Below are positions 1 through 11,827 of a DNA stretch of 53,880 nucleotides, one piece after another. Position 1 is the first letter of the stretch. Every line of letters begins with the position of its first letter. The notes beneath the pieces are model-generated. The model did no database searches and was not told where the DNA came from. It worked only from the letters and a program-made list of their open reading frames with translations. This DNA comes from Octopus bimaculoides (lineage: Eukaryota), in assembly GCF_001194135.2 (NCBI RefSeq), contig NC_068982.1, positions 116,577,826 through 116,631,705 on the forward strand, in the 5' to 3' direction. Made by a program: the position numbers and the translations under genes.

Positions 1-42
<42 letters not shown>
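1..42. repeat. (TA)n microsatellite
   Basis: Pure TA run at the window start. Confidence 0.98.
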
Positions 43-43
<1 letters not shown>

Positions 44-439
44 CGTGATGTCGTCGAATATGTACGTATTGAACCCTTTCAAACTCCGCTAAAAACGGAA
101 GTGGTTTTCCCAAATTAAACATCATAACAAAAATGACTACTAAGATTAATTAAACTGTGTTAATTAGTATTTTATAGTATATTATATAACTATAAAGCAC
201 CTTATCTAAGACATTCAGAGATTCCAGCATTGTTTACACGTGTAGTGTAAATAATACTTTATGAGCCATCAAGGGATCTTGAGAACACCAAGTTCTATAT
301 AAACTGACTTAATTAGCATTTTATTGTCTATTTCAGAAATATAAAATGTAATGATGCGGAATATATACGCATTGGACGCTGATACGATATTTGTAAAGTC
401 TATTCGGTTTCGTACTAGCGGTCAAGGACATTCAATATA

Positions 440-830
<391 letters not shown>

Positions 831-1583
831 TGACGCAATTCACAAACACAGCTTACCAAGTGTTAATATTTTATATATCGACAGTATAAGGGGGGAGTTT
901 GCGATAACTTACCTACGCACGCACACACGCACACACATGGAAGCTCAGACACTTCTGCGTACATACAGTGATATCCACACACGCACAGTCACTCGGATTC
1001 TATAAGAATATATGCATGCATGTATGTGTGTTTGTGTGTGCATGTGTGTGTGTGTGTGTGTGTTCGTGTGTTGTAAAGAAATGCTTTTTTTTCTTTGTTT
1101 TAGATTTCCAAGTCAGTTTTGCCTCAAGTAGTTAGAATATCAGGAAGTCGCTCAAAGACTTGATGAAGAAAAAAGAAAGAAGGAAACGTGAAGCATACAA
1201 TATAAAGAGTGTAAAAGAAAAGTTACAAAGAACTAGTGAAGAGGTATTGGCAAGACTTGAATTTCGAATTGTAATATGAATTTACTTGTTATATCTCGTC
1301 AATAATATTTAGTTGTTTGTAAGAATCTCTAGACGAAGGAACAGTGAAGTAGGAGTCTATGTCATTGAAATTGTAGAGAGTAAAATTTGTGACATACATT
1401 GTGGTGTATAACTTTGTAATAACATATACAAAAATAGTATCTGTATCGCATATATAGTGAAGGATTGAACAATAACATCTACAGAGACGGATGGAATTTG
1501 TGCCACATACATGGCAGTTCAGGGATGTGTAGCAACAATCAGAAGATGGAACTATACCTACTTACATTATTTGTGTCTCTACA

Positions 1584-3138
1584 ACGATATTTAAAAATAT
1601 GAAAGTAAAGTTACGTACATGATTAAAGTGAGTGCAATAATATTGAAAAATATGAAATTCAAGTTACATGAATTGAGCGTGTACAATGATATTGAAAAAT
1701 ATGAAATTTATGTGGCATCCAAGATTTTACCGTGTGCAATGATATTCAAAAATATGAAATTTATTTTGCTTACATGATTTGAATGTGTGCAATGACAACA
1801 TTGAAAAATATGAAACTTATGTTGCATACCTGATTTGAGCGTGTGCAATGATATTAAAGAATATGAAATTTATGCTGTATACGTGATTGAAGTGTGTGCA
1901 ATGATATTGAAAAATATGAAATTTATGTTGCAGACCTGCTTTGAGCGTATGCAATGAGAAAATGAAATTTATGCTACACACATGATTTGAGTGTGTTTAA
2001 TGATATTGAAAAATACGAAATACAAGTTATATACATGATTTGACTGTGTGGAACAATATTGAAATATATGAAATTTATGTTGCATACATGATTCGAGCGT
2101 GTGCAATGATATTGGAAAATATGAAATTTATGTTGCATACATGATTTGTAGGTGTGCAATGAAAAATATGAAATACAAGTTGTATACATGATTTGAGTGT
2201 GTGCAATGACAATGAAAAATACGAAATTCATGTTGCATACATGATTTGATCGTGCACAACGATATTAAAATATATGAAATTTATGTTGCATACATGGTTC
2301 GAGCGTGTGCAACGATATTGAAAAATATAAAATTCATGCTGCGTACATGATTTCAGCAGATACAATGAAAAATATGAAATTTATGTTGCATACATGATTT
2401 GAGCATGTGCAATAAAAAATACGAAATTTATGTTACATACATGATTTGAGTCTGCGCAATGATATTGAATAATATGAAATTCATATGTTATACATGATTT
2501 GAGCGTGTGCAATCATATTGAAAAATAGGAAATTTATGTTGCATACATGATTTGAGTGTGTGCAATAATATTAAAAAATATGAAATTCAAGTAACAGACG
2601 TGATTTGAGTGTGTGCAATGATATCGAACAATATGAAATTTCTTTTCTGCTCTAGGCACAAGGCCCAAAATTTTTGGGGATGGGGGCCAGTCAATTAGAT
2701 CGACCCTAGTACGCAACTGGTACTTAATTTATCGACTCCGAAAGGATGAAAGGTAAAGCTGACCTCGGTGGAATTTGAACTCAGAACGTAAAGACAGACG
2801 AAATACCGCTATTCATTTCGCTCTGCGTGCTAACGTTTCTGCCAGCTCGCTGCCTGAATAAAATCTATGTTGCATCCGTGATTTGATCGTGTGAAAAGAT
2901 TTTGAAAAGAAAAGAAAAAAGAATTTTATGTTGCATACATGATCTGAGTGTGTGCAATGATATTGAAAAATATGAAATTTATGTTGCATACATAATTTAA
3001 GTGTGTGTAATGATATTGAAGAATACGAAATTTATGTTGTTTACATGTTTTGAGTGTGTGGAACAATATTGAAAAATATGAAATTTGTGTTGCATACATG
3101 ATTTGAGTGAGTGCAATGATACTGAAGAATATGAAATA
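1584..3138. repeat. 53-bp minisatellite, about 25 diverged units, interrupted by a SINE
   Basis: Consensus TGATATTGAAAAATATGAAATTTATGTTGCATACATGATTTGAGTGTGTGCAA. TGATATTG starts at 2958 and 3011 (53 bp apart). Some units are about 5 bp shorter. Confidence 0.95.
2641..2855 (-). mobile_element. tRNA-derived SINE, family A (Deu/Nin-like core)
   Basis: Reverse complement reads GGCAGCGAGCTGGCAGAAACGTTAGCACG...GAGTTCAAATTCCACCGAGGTC...CCTTTCATCCTTTCGGAGTCGATAAATTAAGTACCAG. Confidence 0.92.
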
Positions 3139-4574
3139 ATGCAGAACTGTGCAGTAATAATTAAACTGGATAAAATTTGTGATAAACATTGTGGTGCAGG
3201 GCTGTGTAATGCCAATTGCAAGAGAATCAAATGGAATTTGTGACTCATACATGTAGTTGCAGATTACGTAAATTCACTTATAAATAAGAATTTGTGGCTC
3301 ATACACATTATGACGGAGCTGGGTAGCAACAGTATAGCGAATGGGATATGTGATACATACATAATTCAGAGTAATGCAAGAACAATAAAAGCGAATAGAA
3401 ATGGTGAACCAGGTTTCAATTTCTGGTGGGAACAGAAGCATTTATTTCTATAATTTCCTTGCTGTTGTTTACTGCCCCTACAGATCTATTGATTAAATGT
3501 TGTCCTGTCTTTCTAGACCAAAAGAAAAACTATTTACACACGAAGATGCTAGTGTTACAATGGAAGAATGAGCAACAAAGATAAATATACAAAAAAAAAT
3601 CCCCAAACAAAAACAACAAATAGTATTTGTAGTAACTGAAGTTCAAAATCTAATTATTTCATGTTTTTCCATTCTATATAATTATAGTTCGTGCACTGAG
3701 GTACATTTAGCTGCTTTTTTCTGGTTAGTTAAATAGCAATATAAAGCTCCCACATTCAATCGGAGGATTTCTCATTGAGACACAAGGTTCCATATCTGGA
3801 TCAGTGCCTATATAAGAAAGTAATGTTCATATCTCTGTTAGGGGCGTTAGTGATCGAAGGAAGCAACTTGACTTCAATCAGGAATCGAAACCAAGACTCA
3901 GATTCGACTCTTAGGAATTATTCCTTATTCCACTATTAATTTTAATAATAACGATTTTTGAGCTCATGTTATTCAATAGCGAAGTTCTTGATAACATTAT
4001 GCCTGTAGCAGACAGATGAGTGATAGAGGACTGGAGATTTTTTAATCGTAAGTACGCTCATTCCAAGTCGATCGGGGGTTAAACAATAACAGTAGTAAAA
4101 TTACTTGTATTGTCTGAAAAAAGGTGGACGTTACAATTGATTGAATGGACATCAATACTTGGCTGGAACATATTTAATCGATTCTGTAGAGTTGAAAATG
4201 GAATTTGACTCTGATGAGAAATGAACGAAGAACGTAGAGACAAAACTCAGTAATGTTATGAATTTATTCCTGTGTCCTCTTTGTACGAAACCAGCACCTT
4301 CTTAATCTATATTGATAATGATATTAAAAAAGTCTTTATCGTTACATCTCTAAAGCTTTATATCAATGTAAAGAAATATCAGTGTTGCAAAAGCTATTAA
4401 TTGCTATAATAGCACTTTCCGTTCGTATACTGATACTTCTGGGAGTTTGATATTATCCATAAACAACTAATGGATTAACATAATTTGTAAGAGCTTTCTT
4501 CTTTTCTTTACTTTGTTTCAGATAGATGTTTAATAGAAATTAAATGAATCAATAAAGATTGGAAGTGAAGCCTA

Positions 4575-4708
4575 TTAAAATATTACATTAAAAAATATAT
4601 TAGTTACAACAAATTCTATGTCTGTTGTAGGGCGACGAAACTGTAACGCCGCCTTCCATTTTCTCAAGAAGGCTGACATGAATTCACCATCTCTATTGAA
4701 TGTGAAAC
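4575..4708 (-). other. Candidate exon or coding relic (FTFNRDGEFMSAFLRKWKAALQFRRPTTDIEF...)
   Basis: Acceptor TTTTGACAG, 43 sense codons open to a TAA, protein-like composition. No homologue recognised. Confidence 0.2.
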
Positions 4709-5639
4709 CTGTCAAAACCATTTAAAAATCTTTGTAACTCAATGAAATATAAAAAATTAGTTTCTTAGAATCTTCTATATAGATTCAATTTTTATCGTCT
4801 TGACCTAATTGGATACATTATATCCTATGTCTTTTGTTCAGTGCCTTTCTGTGCTTAATTTAACCTCTTCAATCCATAGTTTAAAGTTTTCTTTTGATAA
4901 AAGTGTCATAAGTAATTAAGAACAAATAAAAATAGTAGAATAAGCTTCGAAAGAGATTAAATAAGTTGTTTGTCATTTAGTTTCCATAGCTTTGCATTCG
5001 ATTATCTCCGAACATATAATTTGTCTGTATTTTCCCATATCTTCCAATTCACTGGCTTCCGACATTGATTTGTTGATTTGGCATTACTGTAGTCCTCCCA
5101 AGTTTTTGTGTAAAATTCAGTTTTCAAGTGTTATTTTCTCATTAGTTATATGAAACATTGTATTTTGGATTTCAATTACAACAGATACCTTTTATTCTCC
5201 TCTTGTATATTTATCTTTATACGTCGTTCTTCCATTGAAGCTGCACTGTTATCTTCACATTCGTAGATAGCATTAGTTTATAAATATTTTGTTTTTGGCT
5301 GTTGTATAAATTACATAGTTTAGAGATGTAATATTCCAGTTATGTCTGAACATCACCTTAGCAGTTATATTTTCTTCATCATTAACATTTCAGCATATCA
5401 ATGTTTTTTCTTCTGTTTTTAGAAATCAAATACGATTGTGTATTCAGTGCATTCAATGTATTATTAAATATTTTAATTTGCTTTTGATATTTTCTATAGT
5501 CTAAAACAAAATGTTGTTGTTTGTCTATCGTTGTTATCAGTAATTTATAATTATACTACTTTCTGTATTTTTTATGTTTCATTAAGCACAGACATTTGAA
5601 AACAATTTCAGTGTCTGATGTTATAATAACAGCTGATTC

Positions 5640-6420
5640 AATTTGGTTTTTGTTGAAGGGCTGTGGAAACTTTTGTTGGTGTATTATTGCGCTGGTAACT
5701 TTTGCCATTATTATACAACTGCTGTGGTAAATATCTGTTGTATTACAGCATAAGCAACTTTTGTCGATGCTGTATCACTGCCGTAAAGCGGCGAGCTGGC
5801 AGAATCGTTAGCACGCCGGTCAAAATGCTTAGCGGCATTTCGTCCGTCTTCACGTTGTGAGTTCAAATTCCGCCGAGGTCGACTTTATCTTTCATCCTTC
5901 CAGGGTCGATAGAATAAGCACCAGTTGAGTACTGGAGTCGATGTCATCGACCTCCCTCTCTCCCGAAATTGCTACCCCTGTGCCAAAATTTGAAATCAAT
6001 ATTGTATTACTGCCGTAAAAAATTCGTTGTTGTGTTATTGTTGTAGTAACTTCGTTGGTGTATTACTACTGCTGTGATAAATTTGTTGTTGTTTATTACT
6101 GTTGTGACGAACATGTTATGTCACTGATGTAAATTTTTGTTGTATTCCTAATGTGGAAACCTTGCTATGTAAGTGGTGTGATAAATATGTTGTTATATTT
6201 GTTCTATTGCTGCTGTAGTAAATGTGTGATATCACTCAAGTGGTAAATTTGTTATTGTTGTTGTTGCTGTTGTGTTAGATTTGTTGTTATAAAATTGTTG
6301 TGGAAAATGTATTGTTATATAACTGCTGTGATAATTTTCTTTATTATTCACTGCGATGATTTTGTTGTTGCACTACGGTCGTAACTCTTGTTGCTGTGTT
6401 ACAGTAGTAACTTTATTTAT
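5640..6420. repeat. Degenerate TGT-rich tandem repeat (about 27-30 bp period)
   Basis: Recurring GCTGTG(G/A)TAAATTTGTTGTTGTATTACT-like units on both sides of the SINE. Confidence 0.6.
5788..6002 (+). mobile_element. SINE family A with 17-bp TSD
   Basis: Full head and body. TGTATCACTGCCGTAAA (5771-5787) and TGTATTACTGCCGTAAA (6003-6019) flank it. Confidence 0.95.
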
Positions 6421-7099
6421 TGTGATATTACCAAGCAATATTTTGTCTTTATTTACAACAAATTTTCAGTTTATCGTTGCTAGTGTTTGGTTTAAATCAA
6501 TTATAATGACATAGAAACAGAATACATTGATGAATACATCTAAATCCGTTAAAATCAAATGCAGTGATTGATCACATTACTGAAAGTTTTAATACTTCTA
6601 TTAATTTTCCTTTATATGTGTAATACATCAACTACGAACCCTAACCATGATCAGCGCGCTCATCAAATATAAACATGCGAAGTAGCATCCTCGTTACGAA
6701 GATACTGATCTTTATATCACTGGCAGATAACTACAACACAGGCTCCATCAAATAATTTCATCGAATCAGCTATCAGAGTGTAAAAAGATTTCGCGAAAAA
6801 CAAACAAGAATAAAAACAGAAATGTAGCAACTACTTCATGAGCTATGATGGAGCCTAGTGATGAAATTAAAAAAAAAAAATTTCTATTTCTTTAATTAAC
6901 AGTTAAATGCCTCTATTTTGACTTTTCACCGAAAACACCTAATTATGGGATGAAACCATACAAGAAGATTTATTTCTTGAGTCAAATGGCATTGAATAGA
7001 TTAAATAACATTATCTTTTTTTAATTGAAATGAAAATTTTCTGAATAGCATATAATACCATTAAGGATTTTTAAAACGTTATTATCTAAATTAAAAATA

Positions 7100-7296
7100 T
7101 AGCATTAGCTCAACCTACAACAAATAGCAGCTAAATTCATCTCAAATCATACCCAATCATCTTTGAAAAGGAAGGATTCATTGGACTGTGTAGACCCCGA
7201 TTATTCAAAATGAAGGGATTGTCACAACTTTTGACTACAGGTCTGGTTGAATGCGTCTGAATTGGAGTACCCCCCAACAACAACAACAACAACAAA
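7100..7296 (+). mobile_element. Old SINE family D 3' part with (CAA)n tail
   Basis: AATAGCAGCTAAAT...GGAAGGATTCATTGGA... ending in CAACAACAAC; similar to copies at 21.1, 45.6-46.1, 47.7 and 48.0 kb. Confidence 0.6.
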
Positions 7297-8269
7297 CATC
7301 AACAAGTCACATTATAAATATGACCACCAACAACAATGTATTTATCACTGTAACTTATAATTTCTTTTTCTTTCTCCTCCTCCTCTTCCTCCACTTCTTT
7401 CGTTTCCATAAGGGATAGTCAACAACGTAAAAGATGTTGTGTAATCAATACCGGACTATCCACTTTCACCATTGACGTTTATCCAAGTAAAGTTGCCAGT
7501 TTTACTAACTGCATCCGGCTGGATCCTCATTAATTCTTCTTAGAAATGGTTTTTGGCAAAGATCTCTGTATCTAGGTTATAAGGATGTCACCGAAATGCT
7601 TAGAAACTCTACATGTGATTATTTCCATTCAATTATTTATACCGTCTTCCTTTGTCGATTATTATTTTAAGAGAAGACATAAATAAAAGCTGTGATTGTT
7701 GATGGTCTTTTATGTAATCACTGATGCAAGAGATGAGAAATGATCTCAGACGAGAATTGAAACCGGAGTAATAGAATTTGCCTTGCGCGATATTACTTAC
7801 CCCGCACGTTATTCATTCACCTGGAAGTAGATAAGAATAAAACTCATAGTCGTTAATTGACGCGTAGTTGTATTACATAGGTCAATGGCCAACATACCCT
7901 TCACCATCATCTCAATGATCAACAACAGCACTTGTCAAAATGAGAGACAGTTTAGATCAAAGATCACATAGCTCCACGAGAATAACATTTCATATATTTT
8001 CTAATGACTTTTCCCCATATTCATGAGAAAACGCAATAACATTTTCTATATGTCTATTGTTGCACCGACGTTTCAAGATCTGCTGACCTTATTTTCATGT
8101 AGAAATCTCTTGTAATTCAATGTCCGCAGTAATATTAGCACGATAAAGTTCCGACTAAAACTAATTGTCTTCGCAGTCATGAAATTTTATTGATGGTAAC
8201 TTTGTAATGAAACAATTACTTTAGTTCTCAAGAGTTAGTTATTAAAGATTATTATAAATTTTATCATGC

Positions 8270-8303
<34 letters not shown>

Positions 8304-8430
8304 ACAGCAGCAGCAGCAGCAGCAGCAGCAAGAACAGCATTAATAACGAAAACAATAACAACACTGAAGGTGATGATGATGATGATAATAATAATAGTAA
8401 TGATAATAATCATAGTAATAATAATAATAA
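8270..8430. repeat. (CAA)/(CAG)/(GAT)/(TAA) trinucleotide repeats
   Basis: Directly visible. Confidence 0.93.
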
Positions 8431-8759
8431 TCTTGTCTTTTTTTAGTCACAAAGGCCCAAAGGAACAATAAAATGCTAAAGTTGAACAGGAGTATTAAAG
8501 ATGATGTGTGGATGGACCGGACATGTGATACAAAGATGAGGGGAGGGTAGATGTTGCATAATAGGAAGAATGAAAATTTTATGAAAAACACAAATATTAT
8601 AAGGTATAATAAAGAAGTACAAAGCACTAATAAAAACATGTGTGTAAGTATGAATATAAGAATATGTATGTATATATGTATGTATGTACATATATATAAG
8701 TGTCCACTTGTGTTGAACAGAGCACCCCTGTTTTTGACTTAGCAGCAATACTTTTCTTC

Positions 8760-9420
8760 CGGTATTGTTCTTAAGTGAAGTGTCTAGAATCTTCTGTGAG
8801 TTGCTATTGGATTACAGTAAACAAGTGAAAGACCACACCCTATGGATCTTTAACAGAAAACGCTTCGAAGTATCTGTTGGAAATTTGTATTAATCTTTTG
8901 TCATTTTTACTGGCTTGAAATGGGATCGTACTTCTTTCTCGATCCGTAATTCGTCTGGAAATTGATAACATATTTCATGTAAATTTTTATTAAATCTTCA
9001 TTCGTCTTAAGAAGAGATACGGCTGTAATTTCATTCTGAAGTGAAGCAGATTCCTCATTGCAAGGGACAGAATTCTCTTCAAAGGAATTGAGTCCTTACT
9101 CGGCGGAGATCATCTTCTCTAAGTGGGAGGTATCTCTTCTGGCGCTTTTATATTGATTCTTGCGATTATTTTCTGAGTATAATTTTTCGATTTTTCTAAA
9201 TAGTCTAACTATCCACTTCGGCTTCTGTTTCGTCTCCATCCTCATAAGTGAATAAGGGTGGTGAAACTGCGAAGGGATGCCTTCAATTCGTTTAGATTTT
9301 GCTGCTATAACTGTTGCCATGAGTGACATTCACTTTTCTCTGCTGGTTGTGATGAGAAAGAGGGTTCTTTTGTCTCTTGGTTAGTTCCTGGTAATAAGAC
9401 TGAGGGGTAGGGGCGATATT
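8760..9420 (-). pseudogene. Possible decayed LINE ORF1 (gag-like) relic
   Basis: Frameshifted protein-like text (...NEDLIKIYMK / LHEICYQFPDELRIEKEVRSHF...) resembling the 33-kb relic (TITVFPKLTIEKELKDYL). No diagnostic domain. Confidence 0.3.
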
Positions 9421-9734
9421 ATTCACAACACCAGAGTTGTGCTCGGTTCCGGTTTTAAACCTCAATAATTAATTTTTATTGTTGCTTTACTTTTTTTTTC
9501 TTTTTATAGATTTCTGGACAGAAAGCGATTAAATGGCTTTTACTGCCACATATAGAGTAATTGGGCCTTGGAGGCTGAGTTTTAAGATATTCCCAGCATG
9601 CTCTATACATTCTTGTAATGTTTTTCAGTATTGTGATGTCATGAGGATCTGCGTGTTGTTAATAATTCCAACTGACCAGATATCACCGAGAGTAACGTCG
9701 GCATAGATTACTTGCCAATATTGTACCACAAAAT

Positions 9735-9930
9735 AAGGCGGTGAGCTAGCAGAATCGTTAGCACACCAGGCGAAATAGTTAGCGGCATTTCGCCCGGCTT
9801 CAAGTTCTGAGTTCAAATTCCACCGAGGTCAACTTTGCCTTTCACCCTTTCGGGGTCGGTAAAATAAGTGCCAGTTGAATCAACTTACACCTCATTCCCG
9901 AAATTGGTGGCCTTGTACTAAAATTGAAAT
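9735..9930 (+). mobile_element. SINE family A with about 19-bp TSD
   Basis: CAATATTGTACCACAAAAT (9716-9734) and CAATATTGTACCACGAAAT (9931-9949). Confidence 0.93.
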
Positions 9931-9959
9931 CAATATTGTACCACGAAATCGATTTGAGC

Positions 9960-10290
9960 CAGGGACCGACCTCACTAATGATGTCCCTGGGGATGACTCT
10001 CATGTGTCTTATCCTCCAGTATTGTGTGATTAATTTATGAGTAGACGCATCTGAGTCAATTTGTAATTTGCCGCTAGCCTTGTCCTATACGTTACCTTAC
10101 GGCCTTCGTCTTCTCATAAAGATTTCATTAAAAAATATCCGCTAAAGCTATCTCCAAATCTTGCATGGAACAACAAAATCTTCCGTCGCTTTGGAAAATT
10201 AGAGAGCTTATTCTCCTCTTCTCTCGTGCCTCTTTGAAAGATTGAGATAGTTGACTCTCATTTTCGTTTGACGAAGTATACACATGCATA
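9960..10290 (-). pseudogene. Possible L1/Tx1 ORF2 endonuclease-RT linker relic
   Basis: KEAREKRRISSLIFQSDGRFCCSMQDLEIALADIF resembles L1/Tx1 linker text; a shifted SSPG lies where the KSPG.DG motif is expected. Confidence 0.3.
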
Positions 10291-10489
10291 TTATTGTTGT
10301 CGTCATCAAATGTTCTTAACAACAATAACAAAATTTGTGCAGAAATATATTTTTTATTTTGTTATTTATTTTTTGTGTTCAATTTATTATCTTAATGTTA
10401 CTTGAAGCTTTTTCTCTTGGCATCTCTTTAGCCTTGTTCAATATTATAAATGAGAAACAATTTATGCCTGACATTAGAATAAAATGGAT

Positions 10490-10493
10490 ATCC

Positions 10494-10558
<65 letters not shown>
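10490..10558. repeat. (TATC)n microsatellite
   Basis: Directly visible. Confidence 0.97.
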
Positions 10559-10559
<1 letters not shown>

Positions 10560-10774
10560 GTGCGTGTGTATTTATATGAAATAACCTTGTCTAATTCTGG
10601 TGCGGGCTATATTTTCGAAAACGATAAATAGCAGCCCCCGTTTAGAATAATGTCCAAAATAAAAGTGCATTCATTTAGCTACACCTGAAAAACATAGTGA
10701 AGCTGCAGCACAAAATATCAGTGGATCTAAACGTGTCAGGAGCGAATAACAACAACAACAACAACAACAACAAT

Positions 10775-11320
10775 ATCCCTTTCTACTATAGACACAAAGC
10801 CTGAAAGTTTTTTGTGAGGAGGGGTCTAGTCGACTCCAGTTTTTACTGATACTTATTTTATCGGCCAAGAAATGATGAAAGGCAATTTGAACTCAAAACG
10901 TAAAGACGGACGAAATGTCGCGTAGCAGTAATAATAAACTGGCATTAGTTGACGGACAGGAACTTGAAACGATAGACAGAAAGGCAAAGTCGACTTCGAT
11001 GGAATTTATACTCAGAACATAAAGACGGACGAAACGCCGCTAAGCGTCATATTTTCCGGTGTGCTAACGATTCTGCCAGATCGTTACTTGCAACTAGATG
11101 TACTACTGATTTCAAAGTTTGGTACAAGGCCAGCAATTTTGGGGAAAGGAGTAGTCGATTACACCGATTCCAGGACTCAACTGGTACTTATTTTATCGAC
11201 CTCGAAATGATGAAAGGAAAAGTCTACCTCGATGGAATTTGAACTCAGACTATAAAAACGGACGAAATGCCACCAAGCATTTTGCCCGGCCTGCTAACGA
11301 TTCTTCCCGATCGCCGCTTA
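10775..11320 (-). mobile_element. Three adjacent family A SINEs (two partial, one full with TSD)
   Basis: Repeated GGAATTT(G/A)AACTCAGA..TAAAGACGGACGAAA blocks. The last copy is flanked by CAACTAGATGTACTACT (11091) and CAACTAGATGTAATATT (11321). Confidence 0.88.
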
Positions 11321-11410
11321 CAACTAGATGTAATATTACCAGGAAGTACACGGTTTACATATTTACACAATATGCAAAAGTAGCATTACTATATAGTGTA
11401 CACGACATAA

Positions 11411-11792
11411 GTGGAGGCGCAATGGCCCAGTGGTTAGGGCAGCGGACTCGCGGTCATAGGATCGCGGTTTCGATTCCCAGACCGGGCGTTGTGAGTGTTT
11501 ATTGAGCGAAAACACCTAAAGCTCCACAAGGCTCCGGCAGGGGATGGTGGCGAACCCTGCTGTACTCTTTCACCATAACTTTCTTTCACTCTTACTTCCT
11601 GTTTCTGTTGTGCCTGTAATTCAAAGGGTCAGCCTTGTCACACTGTGTCACGCTGAATATCCCCGAGAACTTCGTTAAGGGTACACGTGTTTGTGGAGTG
11701 CTCAGCCAGTTGCACGTTAATTTCACGAGCAGGCTGTTCCGTTGATCGGATCAACTGGAACCCTCGACGTCGTAAGCGACGGAGTGCCAACA
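11411..11792 (+). mobile_element. tRNA-derived SINE family B, full length
   Basis: tRNA-like head GGAGGCGCAATGGCCCAGTGGTTAGG...GGTTTCGATTCCC; tail GGAGTGCCAACAAC; TSD ACACGACATA / ACACGATATA; partial antisense copy at 33.8 kb. Confidence 0.93.
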
Positions 11793-11827
11793 ACACGATA
11801 TAGAATACCTCTAGACATAAATACATA

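Noticed and set aside
1104-1280. Acceptor followed by coiled-coil-like peptides
   Set aside because: Stops in all frames shortly after the acceptor.
1584-3138. CRISPR-like array
   Set aside because: Units are contiguous with no unique spacers, no cas genes, and the context is eukaryotic.
1974-3252. Cys/His-rich ORFs resembling zinc fingers
   Set aside because: Product of the 53-bp repeat cycling through three frames; no C2H2 spacing or TGEKP linker.
4205-4245. Hammerhead-like CTGATGA...CGAAGAACGTAGAG
   Set aside because: GAAA core broken; stems I and II do not pair.
11413-11486. tRNA gene
   Set aside because: A/B boxes run directly into a SINE body with a TSD; the acceptor stem is not intact.
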